Assembly (NCBI RefSeq): GCF_000008645.1
Contig: NC_000916.1
Span: 180,001-212,000 of the forward strand
Origin: Methanothermobacter thermautotrophicus str. Delta H
GTDB lineage: Archaea; Methanobacteriota; Methanobacteria; Methanobacteriales; Methanothermobacteraceae
Direction: 5' to 3'
Length of the DNA stretch: 32,000 nucleotides
Positions within the stretch are counted from its first letter, which is position 1. Each line of letters starts with the position of its first letter. This document shows positions 9,721 through 19,000 of this stretch, piece after piece. Both the position numbers and the translations under genes were made by a program. The notes below the pieces were generated by a model that saw only the letters and a program-made list of their open reading frames with translations, searched no databases and had not been told where the DNA came from.

Positions 9721-11553
9721 ATGAAGATTGTTCCAGATACAAGTGTTATTGTTGACGGCAGGATCACCGGGATAGTCCAGGAGGACGAGTTCAGGGGCAG
9801 CGAGGTGATCGTGCCCGAGGCAGTTGTATCTGAACTCGAATACCAGGCCAACCGTGGAAGGGAGACAGGTTTCAATGGCCTCGAGGAACTGAAGAACCTC
9901 CAGAAGCTCCACAAGGAGAATATAATATCCATGATATTCGTCGGGCGCCGCCCCACAGTGGATGAGATATCCCTCTCAAGGGGTGGTGAGATAGATGCCA
10001 TGATAAGGTCCACGGCAAGGGAATATGATGCCCTCCTTATAACAAGTGACCGGGTCCAGGCCGAGGTCGGGAAGGCCCAGGGCCTCGATGTCTTCTACAT
10101 CAAACCAGAGGTCCTGGAGTACGAGGAGCTGGAGATAAGCAAGTACTTCGATGAGAACACCATGTCGGTCCACCTCAAGGAGAATGTCGTTCCGATGGCC
10201 AAGAAGGGCCGGCCAGGGGAAATCCAGCTGGTTGAGATAGGTAAAAGACCGCTTAAACATTCAGATATAAGCAGGATGGCCCGTGAGATCGTGGAGAGGG
10301 CCAAGAGTGACTTCAAGAGCTTTATAGAGATCGAAATGGAGGGCGCCACGGTCGTACAGTTCCGGGAGTACAGGATATCCATTGCAAGACCACCATTCTC
10401 AGAGGCCTTTGAGATAACCGCGGTCAGGCCGGTGGCGAGGGTTTCACTGGAGGACTACAGGCTCTCAGACAGGCTCGTGGAGAGGCTGAGGGATACTGCC
10501 AAGGGGGTGCTCATTGCAGGTTCCCCCGGGGCAGGTAAGAGTACCTTTGCCCAGGCAGTGGCAGAGTTCTACAGCAGGGATATGAAGGCGGTTGTCAAGA
10601 CCATGGAGTCACCCAGGGACCTCCAGGTTGGTGATGAGATAACACAGTATGCACCCATTGAGAGGGACATGCAGAAGACGGCAGACATACTCCTCCTCGT
10701 GAGGCCCGACTACACCATCTACGATGAACTCAGAAAGACCCGTGACTTCAGGATATTTGCGGATATGAGGCTCGCGGGTGTGGGTATGGTTGGTGTGGTC
10801 CACGCCACAAGGCCCATAGACGCCATACAGAGGATCCTTGGAAGGGTTGAGCTCGGCGTCATACCCTCAGTTGTTGATACAACAATATTCATCGAGGATG
10901 GGGAGGTTAAGGCTGTCTACGATGTCTCCCTCACCGTGAAGGTGCCCACGGGCATGCAGGAGGCTGACCTTGCAAGGCCGGTCATCGAGATCAGGGACCT
11001 TGAATCAGGGGAACTCATGCATGAGATATACACCTACGGTGAGCAGACAATAGTCATGGACGTCTCAAAGGCAGCCCCTTCAGGGCGCAAACCGTCAGCC
11101 CACAGGATAGCTGAGAGGGAGATCGAGAGGGAGTTCCGCAGGAGGATCCCGGGTGCCCGGGTCAGGGTTGAACTTGAATCTGATGAACGTGCCAGGGTCT
11201 GGATAGATGAGAAGTACATACCCCAGGTTATAGGTAAGAAGGGTAAGACCATTGAGGAGATCGAGAACAGCATAGGCATAAGCATAGGTGTGGAGCCCCT
11301 GGAGGAGAGGGAAATCGAGGAGACCCTTGAGGTCCCCGTTGAACTTGCAGGGAATTATGTGGTTCTAAACTTTGGCAAGGACGCTGTGGGGGTGTCCTTT
11401 GACATACTTGTGGATGATGAGTACCTCTTCACAGCCACTGTAGGAAAGAAGGGGACCATAAAGCTCAGAAGGGACATAGAGCTGGCTGACATCATAATGG
11501 AGGCCGTGAAGAACAGCATACCTGTGAGGGCCAGGGTCAGGCCAGAGCGTTGA
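9721..11553 (+). CDS. PIN domain - P-loop ATPase - KH domain protein (PINA-like / PilT-family ATPase)
   Basis: It has N-terminal [12 protein letters not shown] (PIN), Walker [10 protein letters not shown], and C-terminal [13 protein letters not shown] (KH GXXG). Its ATG directly abuts the hisI stop (TAGATG). Confidence 0.75.
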   Translation: MKIVPDTSVIVDGRITGIVQEDEFRGSEVIVPEAVVSELEYQANRGRETGFNGLEELKNLQKLHKENIISMIFVGRRPTVDEISLSRGGEIDAMIRSTAREYDALLITSDRVQAEVGKAQGLDVFYIKPEVLEYEELEISKYFDENTMSVHLKENVVPMAKKGRPGEIQLVEIGKRPLKHSDISRMAREIVERAKSDFKSFIEIEMEGATVVQFREYRISIARPPFSEAFEITAVRPVARVSLEDYRLSDRLVERLRDTAKGVLIAGSPGAGKSTFAQAVAEFYSRDMKAVVKTMESPRDLQVGDEITQYAPIERDMQKTADILLLVRPDYTIYDELRKTRDFRIFADMRLAGVGMVGVVHATRPIDAIQRILGRVELGVIPSVVDTTIFIEDGEVKAVYDVSLTVKVPTGMQEADLARPVIEIRDLESGELMHEIYTYGEQTIVMDVSKAAPSGRKPSAHRIAEREIEREFRRRIPGARVRVELESDERARVWIDEKYIPQVIGKKGKTIEEIENSIGISIGVEPLEEREIEETLEVPVELAGNYVVLNFGKDAVGVSFDILVDDEYLFTATVGKKGTIKLRRDIELADIIMEAVKNSIPVRARVRPER

Positions 11554-11563
11554 GGGTGGTGTG

Positions 11564-12262
11564 ATGAGGATAGGTGTCTCAACCCTTGCACTCACACCGT
11601 CCCCACTGGGGGAGATGCTGGAGTACATCGAGGCCCTTGGGGCCGAGTGCTGTGAAATCATATATGAGCACCCCCTCTCTGAGGTGGAGGTCACAGACTC
11701 CCACAGCCTGGAATTCACGGTACACGCCCCAATATCAGATATCAACATAGCGTCCCTCAATGACACTGTGAGGGAGGCCTCCATCAGGGAGGTTGAATCT
11801 GCAGTGGACCTTGCAGTTGAACTTGACTCCGACGTGGTGGTGGTCCACCCCGGCACAGTACCCTTCCTGGGGAGACCCTACAGGGACCTTATAGCCGAGA
11901 GGAACCTGGAATCCCTTGCAGCAATATCAGAATACGCATCTGACAGGGGTGTCGGCGTATACCCTGAGAACATGCCCCGCCTGGAGGGGCCACTTCTCCG
12001 GGAACTTGAGGAGCTCTGGGGTGTTGCAGAGGAGCTCGGTGTCATGGTGACCCTTGACGCGGCCCACGCAGCCACCATGGGTTACTCCACGGAGGAGATG
12101 GTATCAGCCCATGTGGGGCACGTCCACCTCTCTGACAACACGGGTGAGGTTGACAGTCACGACGCCCTGGGCGAGGGTTCACTGGACTTCCAGGCGCTCC
12201 TGGATGGTTTGAGGGGCGCAGGCTACACTGGAGTCCTCACAGTGGAGGTCAAGACACCTTGA
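11564..12262 (+). CDS. Sugar phosphate isomerase/epimerase (xylose isomerase-like TIM barrel). The C-terminus is probably frame-shifted.
   Basis: Motifs present: VVHPG, ENM and HLSDN..DSHDALGEGSLDF, with a GYTGVLTVEV ending. GTG at 11561 is an alternative start. Confidence 0.7.
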   Translation: MRIGVSTLALTPSPLGEMLEYIEALGAECCEIIYEHPLSEVEVTDSHSLEFTVHAPISDINIASLNDTVREASIREVESAVDLAVELDSDVVVVHPGTVPFLGRPYRDLIAERNLESLAAISEYASDRGVGVYPENMPRLEGPLLRELEELWGVAEELGVMVTLDAAHAATMGYSTEEMVSAHVGHVHLSDNTGEVDSHDALGEGSLDFQALLDGLRGAGYTGVLTVEVKTP

Positions 12263-12475
12263 TGAGGTCAGACAGAGTGTTGAGTTCCTGAGGAATATTA
12301 TACCTTGAGGGGCCCCGGGTCCCGTGATGCCCGGGAGGCCTTCCGTGTTCCTGGGGAATATTCCGCTGGAGGGGTGCTGGTTTTCCAGGGAACTCTATCT
12401 GGGGTGTCAGCGCCCTGAAGGATTTCCCCTGGAGGGTCAGGGTTTGAGATAATTTTATTGATTAAGGTGATGGTT

Positions 12476-13156
12476 ATGAAGATAGCAGTTATTGGTGGAA
12501 CAGGAGACCAGGGCCTTGGACTGGCCCTGAGATTTGCAGTAGCAGGTGAGGAAGTAATTATAGGTTCAAGAGACGCTGAGAAGGCATCTAAAGCAGCCTC
12601 AAAGGTCCTTGAGATAGCTGGAAGGGATGACATCAGTGTTGAGGGTGCCACCAACCCTGATGCGGCAGCCTCTGCCGATGTGGTGGTGCTGACGGTTCCC
12701 CTCCAGGCCCAGATGGTCACACTGGCCTCAATAAGGGATCAGGTGAGGGACAAGGTCCTCATAGATGCCACGGTACCCATCGACAGCTGCATCGGCGGCT
12801 CAGCAGTCAGATACATTGACCTCTGGGAGGGTTCAGCGGCTGAGAGGGCTGCAAGGTTCCTCAGGGAGCAGGGCACAAGGGTTGCAGCAGCCTTCAACAA
12901 CATAAGCGCCTCCGCCCTCCTTGAAGTATCTGAGCCAGTGGACTGTGACTGTCTGGTGGCATCAGACCACAGGGACGCCCTTGAAGTTGCAGCTGAACTT
13001 GCAGAGAAGATAGATGGTGTCCGGGCCATTGAATGCGGCGGCCTTGAGAATGCAAGGATCATTGAGAAGATAACCCCGCTACTCATAAACCTCAACATAA
13101 GGAACAGGGTGAGGAATGCGGGCATAAGGATCACGAACCTTCCAGAGCAAGAGTAA
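12476..13156 (+). CDS. npdG: NADPH-dependent F420 reductase
   Basis: It starts with the MKIAVIGGTGDQGLGLALR Rossmann N-terminus and is about 226 aa. AAGGTGATGGTT precedes the ATG. The upstream ATGs in the track ORF fall inside or before the SD. Confidence 0.85.
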   Translation: MKIAVIGGTGDQGLGLALRFAVAGEEVIIGSRDAEKASKAASKVLEIAGRDDISVEGATNPDAAASADVVVLTVPLQAQMVTLASIRDQVRDKVLIDATVPIDSCIGGSAVRYIDLWEGSAAERAARFLREQGTRVAAAFNNISASALLEVSEPVDCDCLVASDHRDALEVAAELAEKIDGVRAIECGGLENARIIEKITPLLINLNIRNRVRNAGIRITNLPEQE

Positions 13157-13220
13157 TCGCTGCAGTCATCCATGGAAGACCCCTTTAACAGATGCAGCCA
13201 TACACAAGTACTGATTAAAG

Positions 13221-13814
13221 TTGATTGAAATGGAGATACTGAGGAATACTGTTCAGAAGATAGCTAAGCACGCCATTGAGGCAATAGATAAGGTCGATGA
13301 AGCTGAACTTGAGATGATGATCTCAAAGATAATGGATGCAAGCTCAGTTTTCATAGTTGGAACCGGCAGGTCCGAGCTGATAGGAAAGGCCTTTGCAATG
13401 AGGCTTATGCACCTTGGATTCAAGGTCCACGTGGTTGGTGACGTTACAACTCCAGCCATAAGGGACGAGGACTGCCTGATAGCAATCTCAGGATCCGGTG
13501 AAACCAAGACTGTCACACTGGCAGCTGAGACATCAAGGTCTGTGGGTGCAACGGTGGTGGCTGTGACAGCAACCCCTGAATCGACCCTCACGGGTTACAG
13601 TGACGTGGTTATATGCATCCCGAGCAAGACAAAGGAGCCCTGGAAGTACTACACCTCAGGTGTCCTCAGGGGAGAATATGATGACCTCACACCCATGGGG
13701 ACCCTCTTTGAGGACAGCACCCACCTCTTCCTGGACGGCCTCATAGCCGAGTTCATGTCAATCCTTGGAAAGAGGGAGAAGGACCTCAAGGAGAGGCACG
13801 CCATAATCGAGTAG
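13221..13814 (+). CDS. 6-phospho-3-hexuloisomerase-like SIS domain protein
   Basis: SIS motifs are present: VFIVGTGRSELIGKAFAMRLMHLGF and AISGSGET. The start is either TTG 13221 or ATG 13230, and there is no clear SD. Confidence 0.75.
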   Translation: MIEMEILRNTVQKIAKHAIEAIDKVDEAELEMMISKIMDASSVFIVGTGRSELIGKAFAMRLMHLGFKVHVVGDVTTPAIRDEDCLIAISGSGETKTVTLAAETSRSVGATVVAVTATPESTLTGYSDVVICIPSKTKEPWKYYTSGVLRGEYDDLTPMGTLFEDSTHLFLDGLIAEFMSILGKREKDLKERHAIIE

Positions 13815-13843
13815 CTCAACCAGCACTCACGGGAGGTTTGAGA

Positions 13844-14350
13844 GTGGAGGGACAGCTCGGAGATGAGGTGGTCACCATAAAGGCCACATCCATCGCAAGG
13901 AGGCTTCATGGAAAGAGCCACTACGGTAAGATGTATGAGGACAGACTTCAGCTTTCACTTATTGAGGCGGCCTACCTCATGGAGAGGGGTAAGCTCAAAC
14001 TCATGAAGGACGATGATGAGGTGTCCCCTGAGGAATTCATATCCCTCCTCGGTGAACGGGGACTCTACAGCAAGTATCTTGTCTACAGGGATCTCAGGAA
14101 CAGGGGATACATAGTTAAAACAGGTTTCAAGTATGGTGCAGAGTTCAGACTATATGAGAGGGGAGGGGCTCCCGGCAGGACCCACTCAGCCTACCTTGTG
14201 AGGGTGATCTCAGAGAATGACACCATCCACGCCCTTGACTTTTCAAGTTATGTGAGGGTGGCCCATGGGGTTAACAAGAAGCTCCTCATGGCCTTCCTCG
14301 ACGATGAGGAGGACATAACCTACTACCTTGTCGACTGGATAAGGCCATGA
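13844..14350 (+). CDS. endA: tRNA-splicing endonuclease (homotetramer-type, about 170 aa)
   Basis: Motifs present: YRDLRNRGYIVKTGFKYGAEFRLYE and SAYLV. I prefer GTG 13844, which lies 7 nt after GGGAGG. The track start TTG 13838 is only 1 nt after the SD. Confidence 0.85.
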   Translation: MEGQLGDEVVTIKATSIARRLHGKSHYGKMYEDRLQLSLIEAAYLMERGKLKLMKDDDEVSPEEFISLLGERGLYSKYLVYRDLRNRGYIVKTGFKYGAEFRLYERGGAPGRTHSAYLVRVISENDTIHALDFSSYVRVAHGVNKKLLMAFLDDEEDITYYLVDWIRP

Positions 14351-14404
14351 TTTGGCTACTATGACGGCTTAAGCAACAGAAATGACTTAATAACGGTGAT
14401 ATGA

Positions 14405-15499
14405 TTGATAGACCCTTGGGGATCAGCAAAGCTTGAATACCAGGATCTTATTGAGAACTTCGGCGTCAGACCCTTCAGTGAGGTCCTTGACGAAGTACCC
14501 GAACCCAGCTGGCTCATGAGGCGGGGCATAATCTTCGGACACAGGGACTATGAGAGGATAATCAGTGCCATGAAGAAGGGTGAGGACTTCGCGGTTGTAA
14601 CAGGGATGATGCCAAGCGGAAGGATGCATATAGGCCACAAGATGATCGTGGACCAGCTCAGATGGTACGACAGGATGGGGGCCGAGATATTCATACCCAT
14701 AGCAGACATGGAGGCCTACTCAGCCAGGGGGGTGGACTTCGAGGACTCAAGGAGGATAGCCATTGAGGAGTACATCGCAGGGTACATTGCCCTCGGACTT
14801 GACCTTGAGAAGGATAACATACACGTCTACCTCCAGTCAGAGAACCTCATGGTGGAGGACCTCGCCTATGTCCTTGCAGGGAAGGTCAACTTCAATGAGC
14901 TCAGGGCGATCTATGGTTTCACAGGATCCACGAGCATGGCCCACATGTACGCCCCCATAATACAGGTCTCAGACATCCTGCACCCCCAGCTGGATGAACT
15001 GGGGGGCCCCAGACCCGTAATTGTCCCTGTGGGCCCGGACCAGGACCCCCATATAAGGCTGACACGGGATATAGCAGCCAGGTTCAGGGACAGGTATGGC
15101 TTCATCCTCCCCTCATCAACATACCACAGATTCATGGGCGGCCTCACCGGGGGTAAGATGTCAAGCAACAGGCCCAAATCCGCCATATTCCTGAGCGACA
15201 CACCTGAGGAGGCAGAGGCGAAGATAAGGAACGCCAAGACCGGGGGGAGGGAGACCCTGAAGGAGCAAAGGGAACTTGGAGGAGTGCCGGAGGAGTGCAT
15301 AATATATGAGACACTCCTCTACCACATGTCAGGTTCAGACTCCAGGCTTGAGGAGATATATGAATCATGCAGAAACGGTACACTTATGTGCGGTGAGTGC
15401 AAAAATAATACTGCAGAGTTTATCAGGAAGTTCTTCGAGGAACTTTCGGTGAAAAGGGAGAAGGCCCTTCCTGCTGCCAGAAGGATTCTTGAGGGATAA
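14405..15499 (+). CDS. trpS: Tryptophanyl-tRNA synthetase
   Basis: It has a class I HIGH-like motif (RMHIGH), a KMSKS-like motif (KMSSN) and the archaeal TrpRS N-terminus DPWG. The TTG start follows GGTGAT+4 nt, and an in-frame TGA lies immediately upstream. Confidence 0.9.
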
Positions 15500-15545
15500 A
15501 AATGAGAAATAAGAAGGTCAGATGGATTCTGATGGGGGTTCGAAG

Positions 15546-16181
15546 ATGAGAAGGAAGGAGAAATATGAGGGCACACTGAGTTACATCATAAGGAACAATG
15601 AAACCTTCCTCCTGGCATCAACCTTCCTCTTCCTCATATCCCTCTTTGGAGGGTATCTGTTCTCAGGATCCATCGGAGACCTTATAAGGCCTCTCATGGA
15701 TGAGTTTCGGAGGAGCGTGGCTGAAGGTGAGATCAAGCTCTCAACGGCATCCATATTCATTCACAACCTTCAGGCAGCTCTTCTGATATATGGTGGGGGT
15801 TTGCTTCTGGGTGTTTTCACGGCCCTCTTCCTTATTGTGAACGGCCTCTTCATAGGATTCTTTGCATCCCAGGTTCCACTGGACGATTTCGTCTTTCTTA
15901 CACTGCCCCACGGAATATTTGAGATCCCTGGTCTCATAATCGCTGGAGCTGCTGGTTTCAGGCTTGCAAGCTTCATCTATCACTTCTTCAGTGATCTCCT
16001 GACAGAGTCATGGTACGGTTCCTTCACTGAGAGGGTTGTCCACTTCCTTGGCAGGAACCAGGATGAGCTTGTGGAGTCCCTGCTCCTCCTGGGGGTGGGC
16101 GTGGTCTTCCTGGTGGTGGCAGCATTTGTGGAGGCGAACCTCACACTGGGAATTTACAGCTACATAAAGGGGTCCATCTAG
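15546..16181 (+). CDS. Integral membrane protein, SpoIIM/DUF95-like
   Basis: It has multiple TM helices and the motif LPHGIFEIPGLIIAGAAGFRLA. ATG 15546 lies 6 nt after GGGGGT. ATG 15522 is an alternative start. Confidence 0.6.
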   Translation: MRRKEKYEGTLSYIIRNNETFLLASTFLFLISLFGGYLFSGSIGDLIRPLMDEFRRSVAEGEIKLSTASIFIHNLQAALLIYGGGLLLGVFTALFLIVNGLFIGFFASQVPLDDFVFLTLPHGIFEIPGLIIAGAAGFRLASFIYHFFSDLLTESWYGSFTERVVHFLGRNQDELVESLLLLGVGVVFLVVAAFVEANLTLGIYSYIKGSI

Positions 16182-16256
16182 ACCCCGTTTAATTTCCCTG
16201 GTTAATTCAGGTACATATTGATAAGGTGAATCAGAAACTTTATTCTTACCGGTAAA

Positions 16257-17477
16257 ATGGATGGTGAATCTGTGATAAGGTGCATATCATGTGGTCGAGA
16301 GTATGACCTGGAGGAGATCATATACACCTGCAGGGAGTGCGGGTCGGTACTTGAAGTTGAATGTGACGTGGAGGTCTCAAGGGACGTCTTCAGGGGCAGA
16401 AGGCAGAACATGTGGAGGTACAGGGAGTTCATGCCTGTTGACCCCTCAAGGATAGTCAGCCTCGATGAGGGGGGAACACCCTTTGTCAGGTGTGACACCA
16501 TAGGATCTGAACTTGGTATTGAGCTCTATGTGAAGGTGGAGGGCTCCAACCCCACAGGGAGCTTCAAGGACAGGGGGATGAGCGTGGGGATCACAAAGGC
16601 CCTTGAACTTGGCGTTGATACTGTGGGGTGCGCCTCAACCGGTAACACCTCAGCCTCCCTTGCAGCCTACGCAGCCAGGGCTGGGCTGGGCTGCGTCGTT
16701 CTACTCCCATCAGGTAAGGTCGCCCTCGGTAAACTTGCCCAGGCTATGTTCCATGGCGCCAGGGTCCTCTCGGTGAGGGGAAACTTTGACGAGGCCCTTG
16801 AGGCTGTCACGGAACTTGCACTGATGGGTGAACTCTACCTCCTCAACTCCGTGAACCCCTTCAGGCTTGAGGGTCAGAAGTCAATAGGCTTTGAGATAGT
16901 GGATGACCTCGGCTGGGAGTCCCCTGACCGCATCATACTGCCTGTGGGGAATGCAGGTAATATCTCAGCCATCTGGAAGGGTATATCAGAGTTTTACAGG
17001 GCTGGATTCATAGATGAGAGGCCGATGATGACCGGTATACAGGCCGAGGGCGCTTCACCGGTGGTAGAAGCCTTCAGGAAGGGCAGAACCGAGATTGAAC
17101 CGGTCAGGGATCCTGAAACGGTTGCAACGGCCATAAGGATAGGGGCCCCTGTTAGCTATCTCAAGGCCCTCCGGGCCATATATGAGTCAGATGGTTATGC
17201 TGAATCCGTGACCGATGAGGAGATACTCTCTGCCCAGAAACTCCTTGCAAGGAGGGAGGGTATAGGTGTTGAGCCCGCATCAGCGGCGTCCATAGCGGGT
17301 CTCATCAAACTCGTTGATGAGGGTGTTGTTGACAGGGGTGAACGTGTGGTCTGTGTTGTCACTGGTCATGTACTCAAGGACCCTGACACCGCCATAAAGG
17401 CATCAACGGAACCAGTTGAGGTAGAACCTGATATAAACCAGTTAAGATCCATTATAAGGGGTACGGGGTCCTCCTAG
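16257..17477 (+). CDS. thrC: Threonine synthase with N-terminal zinc ribbon
   Basis: It has the PLP lysine motif GSFKDRG, a Gly-rich loop GNAGN, and the N-terminal CxxC...CxxC (CISCG...CRECG). Confidence 0.9.
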   Translation: MDGESVIRCISCGREYDLEEIIYTCRECGSVLEVECDVEVSRDVFRGRRQNMWRYREFMPVDPSRIVSLDEGGTPFVRCDTIGSELGIELYVKVEGSNPTGSFKDRGMSVGITKALELGVDTVGCASTGNTSASLAAYAARAGLGCVVLLPSGKVALGKLAQAMFHGARVLSVRGNFDEALEAVTELALMGELYLLNSVNPFRLEGQKSIGFEIVDDLGWESPDRIILPVGNAGNISAIWKGISEFYRAGFIDERPMMTGIQAEGASPVVEAFRKGRTEIEPVRDPETVATAIRIGAPVSYLKALRAIYESDGYAESVTDEEILSAQKLLARREGIGVEPASAASIAGLIKLVDEGVVDRGERVVCVVTGHVLKDPDTAIKASTEPVEVEPDINQLRSIIRGTGSS

Positions 17478-17506
17478 CCCCCTGAATTCTTGAAGATACC
17501 TTTCTC

Positions 17507-17528
17507 TTTTTTAAGCTTTTCTATTTTT
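17507..17528 (+). terminator. Oligo-T tracts (T6, T4, T5) 3' of thrC
   Basis: The sequence TTTTTTAAGCTTTTCTATTTTT begins about 30 nt after the stop codon. Confidence 0.5.
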
Positions 17529-17645
17529 CATCGGACAACTTGAAGTTAATTTCTCACCCTCCAAGCACTCGTGGATATACTGCTGGGTTGAAGGTGCCCC
17601 ATGAACCAACCGATGGCTCAGAAAAACCTTAAAATTAGCGATATA

Positions 17646-17653
17646 TTTATATA
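17646..17653 (+). promoter_or_regulatory. Consensus archaeal TATA box (TTTATATA) for the histone gene
   Basis: It is TTTATATA in an A/T-rich context, 46 nt upstream of the ATG. The predicted TSS is near 17677, just before the GAGGTGGT SD. Confidence 0.6.
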
Positions 17654-17698
17654 GGATTATATGAATAGATAATATCACATAAAATGAGGTGGTTAATT

Positions 17699-17902
17699 AT
17701 GGAATTGCCAATAGCTCCAATTGGAAGAATAATAAAGAATGCCGGTGCAGAAATAGTAAGTGATGATGCAAGGGAAGCCCTTGCAAAGGTCCTTGAAGCA
17801 AAAGGTGAAGAAATAGCTGAAAACGCTGTTAAACTTGCAAAACACGCTGGAAGGAAGACGGTTAAAGCCTCAGACATTGAACTGGCAGTTAAAAGGATGT
17901 AA
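17699..17902 (+). CDS. Archaeal histone (HMf family)
   Basis: The sequence [18 protein letters not shown]...[18 protein letters not shown] is near-identical in pattern to HMfB. GAGGTGGT lies 5 nt before the ATG. Confidence 0.95.
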   Translation: MELPIAPIGRIIKNAGAEIVSDDAREALAKVLEAKGEEIAENAVKLAKHAGRKTVKASDIELAVKRM

Positions 17903-17930
17903 CTCTCATCTGCATCCATTATTCCTTCCC

Positions 17931-17935
17931 TTTTT
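17931..17935 (+). terminator. T5 tract 3' of the histone gene
   Basis: CCCTTTTTAATT lies 29 nt after the stop codon. Confidence 0.4.
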
Positions 17936-17950
17936 AATTGGCAGCAAAAC

Positions 17951-17958
17951 TTTATATG
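17951..17958 (+). promoter_or_regulatory. Additional consensus-like BRE/TATA (AAAAC-TTTATATG) with no ORF downstream before the next TATA
   Basis: It matches the AAAnTTTATATA pattern seen at the histone, L7Ae and 27.1-kb promoters in this window. Confidence 0.4.
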
Positions 17959-18064
17959 TGATGAAGCTTTAATTTCTATTAATCCTTGTTTTCCTGGGCG
18001 TCTTACTGGATGATCCGGGATAATTCAGAATACGATTTCTCATGAAAATCTGTATCCAGCAAGT

Positions 18065-18072
18065 TTTATATA
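18065..18072 (+). promoter_or_regulatory. TATA box (TTTATATA) of the L7Ae-led ribosomal/translation gene cluster
   Basis: The context is AAGTTTTATATA. The predicted TSS near 18096 implies a leader of about 95 nt before the ATG at 18193. Confidence 0.55.
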
Positions 18073-18192
18073 CCGAGAACATATAAAGGTACTCACCCAC
18101 TTCATGTTAATCCATAACTTGGATTATTGATCCAGATTGGTGTAATTACCGATGGATGGTAGAAAAACCAGATGAAAAAGGAGGTAAACAGC

Positions 18193-18564
18193 ATGGCAAA
18201 AGCAATATACGTGAAATTTGATGTACCAAAGGAACTGGCTGACAAGGCCGCAGAGGCACTTGAAATAGCCAGGGAGACAGGTAAGGTATCCAAGGGTACA
18301 AATGAGGTTACCAAGGCTGTCGAGAGGGGAGTTGCTCAGCTCGTATTAATAGCTGAGGACGTTGAACCTGCAGAGATCGTTGCTCACCTTCCACTCCTCG
18401 CAGAGGAAAAGGAAATACCATACATATACATCCCAACAAAGGATGAACTGGGTGCAGCCGCAGGTCTGAACGTTGGAACAGCATCATCAGCCATCGTTGA
18501 GGCAGGCGACGCCGAGGACCTCATAAAAGAGATAATAGAAAAGGTCGAAGAACTTAAGAAATAG
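18193..18564 (+). CDS. rpl7ae: Ribosomal protein L7Ae (K-turn binding)
   Basis: Motifs present: [27 protein letters not shown] and [21 protein letters not shown] lies 8 nt before the ATG. The track's earlier ATG at 18172 lies upstream of and overlaps the SD. Confidence 0.95.
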   Translation: MAKAIYVKFDVPKELADKAAEALEIARETGKVSKGTNEVTKAVERGVAQLVLIAEDVEPAEIVAHLPLLAEEKEIPYIYIPTKDELGAAAGLNVGTASSAIVEAGDAEDLIKEIIEKVEELKK

Positions 18565-18613
18565 ATGAAAGGCACTAAAAGCCTTTCAATTTCAATTTAA
18601 TAAAGGTGATTTA

Positions 18614-18820
18614 ATGGATGACGCAACTCCAGCAGAGGTTATTGAGGTTCTCAAGAGAACCGGGATGACTGGAGAGGTAATGCAGGTTAAATGCAGGATC
18701 CTTGATGGAAGAGATAAGGGAAGGATACTGACAAGGAACGTTATGGGTCCCATAAGGGAAGGCGACATCCTGATGCTCCTCGACACCATCCGAGAGGCAA
18801 AGGAGATAAGGACCCCATAA
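18614..18820 (+). CDS. rps28e: Ribosomal protein S28e
   Basis: Motifs present: [46 protein letters not shown]. The start context is AAGGTGATTTA-ATG. Confidence 0.95.
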   Translation: MDDATPAEVIEVLKRTGMTGEVMQVKCRILDGRDKGRILTRNVMGPIREGDILMLLDTIREAKEIRTP

Positions 18821-18838
18821 TCAGGAAGGTGTTTACCA

Positions 18839-19000
18839 ATGAGAGTCTGTTCATTCTGCCATGAAGAAATAGAGCCAGGCACCGGCAAGATGTACGTCAA
18901 AAGGGACGGTACAATCTATTTCTTCTGCAGCAGCAAATGCGAGAAAAACATGATAAAACTGGGAAGGGTTCCAAGAAAAGTTAAATGGGTCAAAAAATGA
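18839..19000 (+). CDS. rpl24e: Ribosomal protein L24e (53 aa, below the ORF-track cutoff)
   Basis: Hand translation gives [62 protein letters not shown] lies 7 nt upstream of the ATG. Confidence 0.9.
   Translation: MRVCSFCHEEIEPGTGKMYVKRDGTIYFFCSSKCEKNMIKLGRVPRKVKWVKK

Noticed and set aside
12327-12452. 41-aa ORF (MPGRPSVFLGNIPLEG...) inside the GC-rich spacer upstream of npdG
   Set aside because: It has no SD or promoter and an unremarkable composition. It is more likely a by-product of the degenerate repeat or decayed coding sequence.
14401-14403. The ATG at 14401 (ATG ATT GAT) also spells M-I-D, like the trpS TTG start, which hints at a 4-nt TGAT duplication displacing an ancestral ATG
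   Set aside because: That frame terminates after 12 codons. The TTG at 14405 has correct SD spacing and an in-frame stop immediately upstream. The duplication idea cannot be tested from one sequence.
17540-17551. The exact 12-mer TTGAAGTTAATT is shared by two intergenic regions (17540 and 27043), both upstream of TATA boxes
   Set aside because: Tens of repeated 12-mer pairs are expected by chance in 32 kb. The distances to the respective TATA boxes differ (about 105 nt against about 35 nt).
17958-18060. Possible box C/D sRNA: a perfect C-box GTGATGA lies at 17958-17964 in the intergenic region before L7Ae
   Set aside because: No CTGA D box or D'/C' arrangement exists at the required ~12-nt guide spacing on either strand. 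The C-box-like heptamer overlaps the last base of the TATA element (17951-17958).
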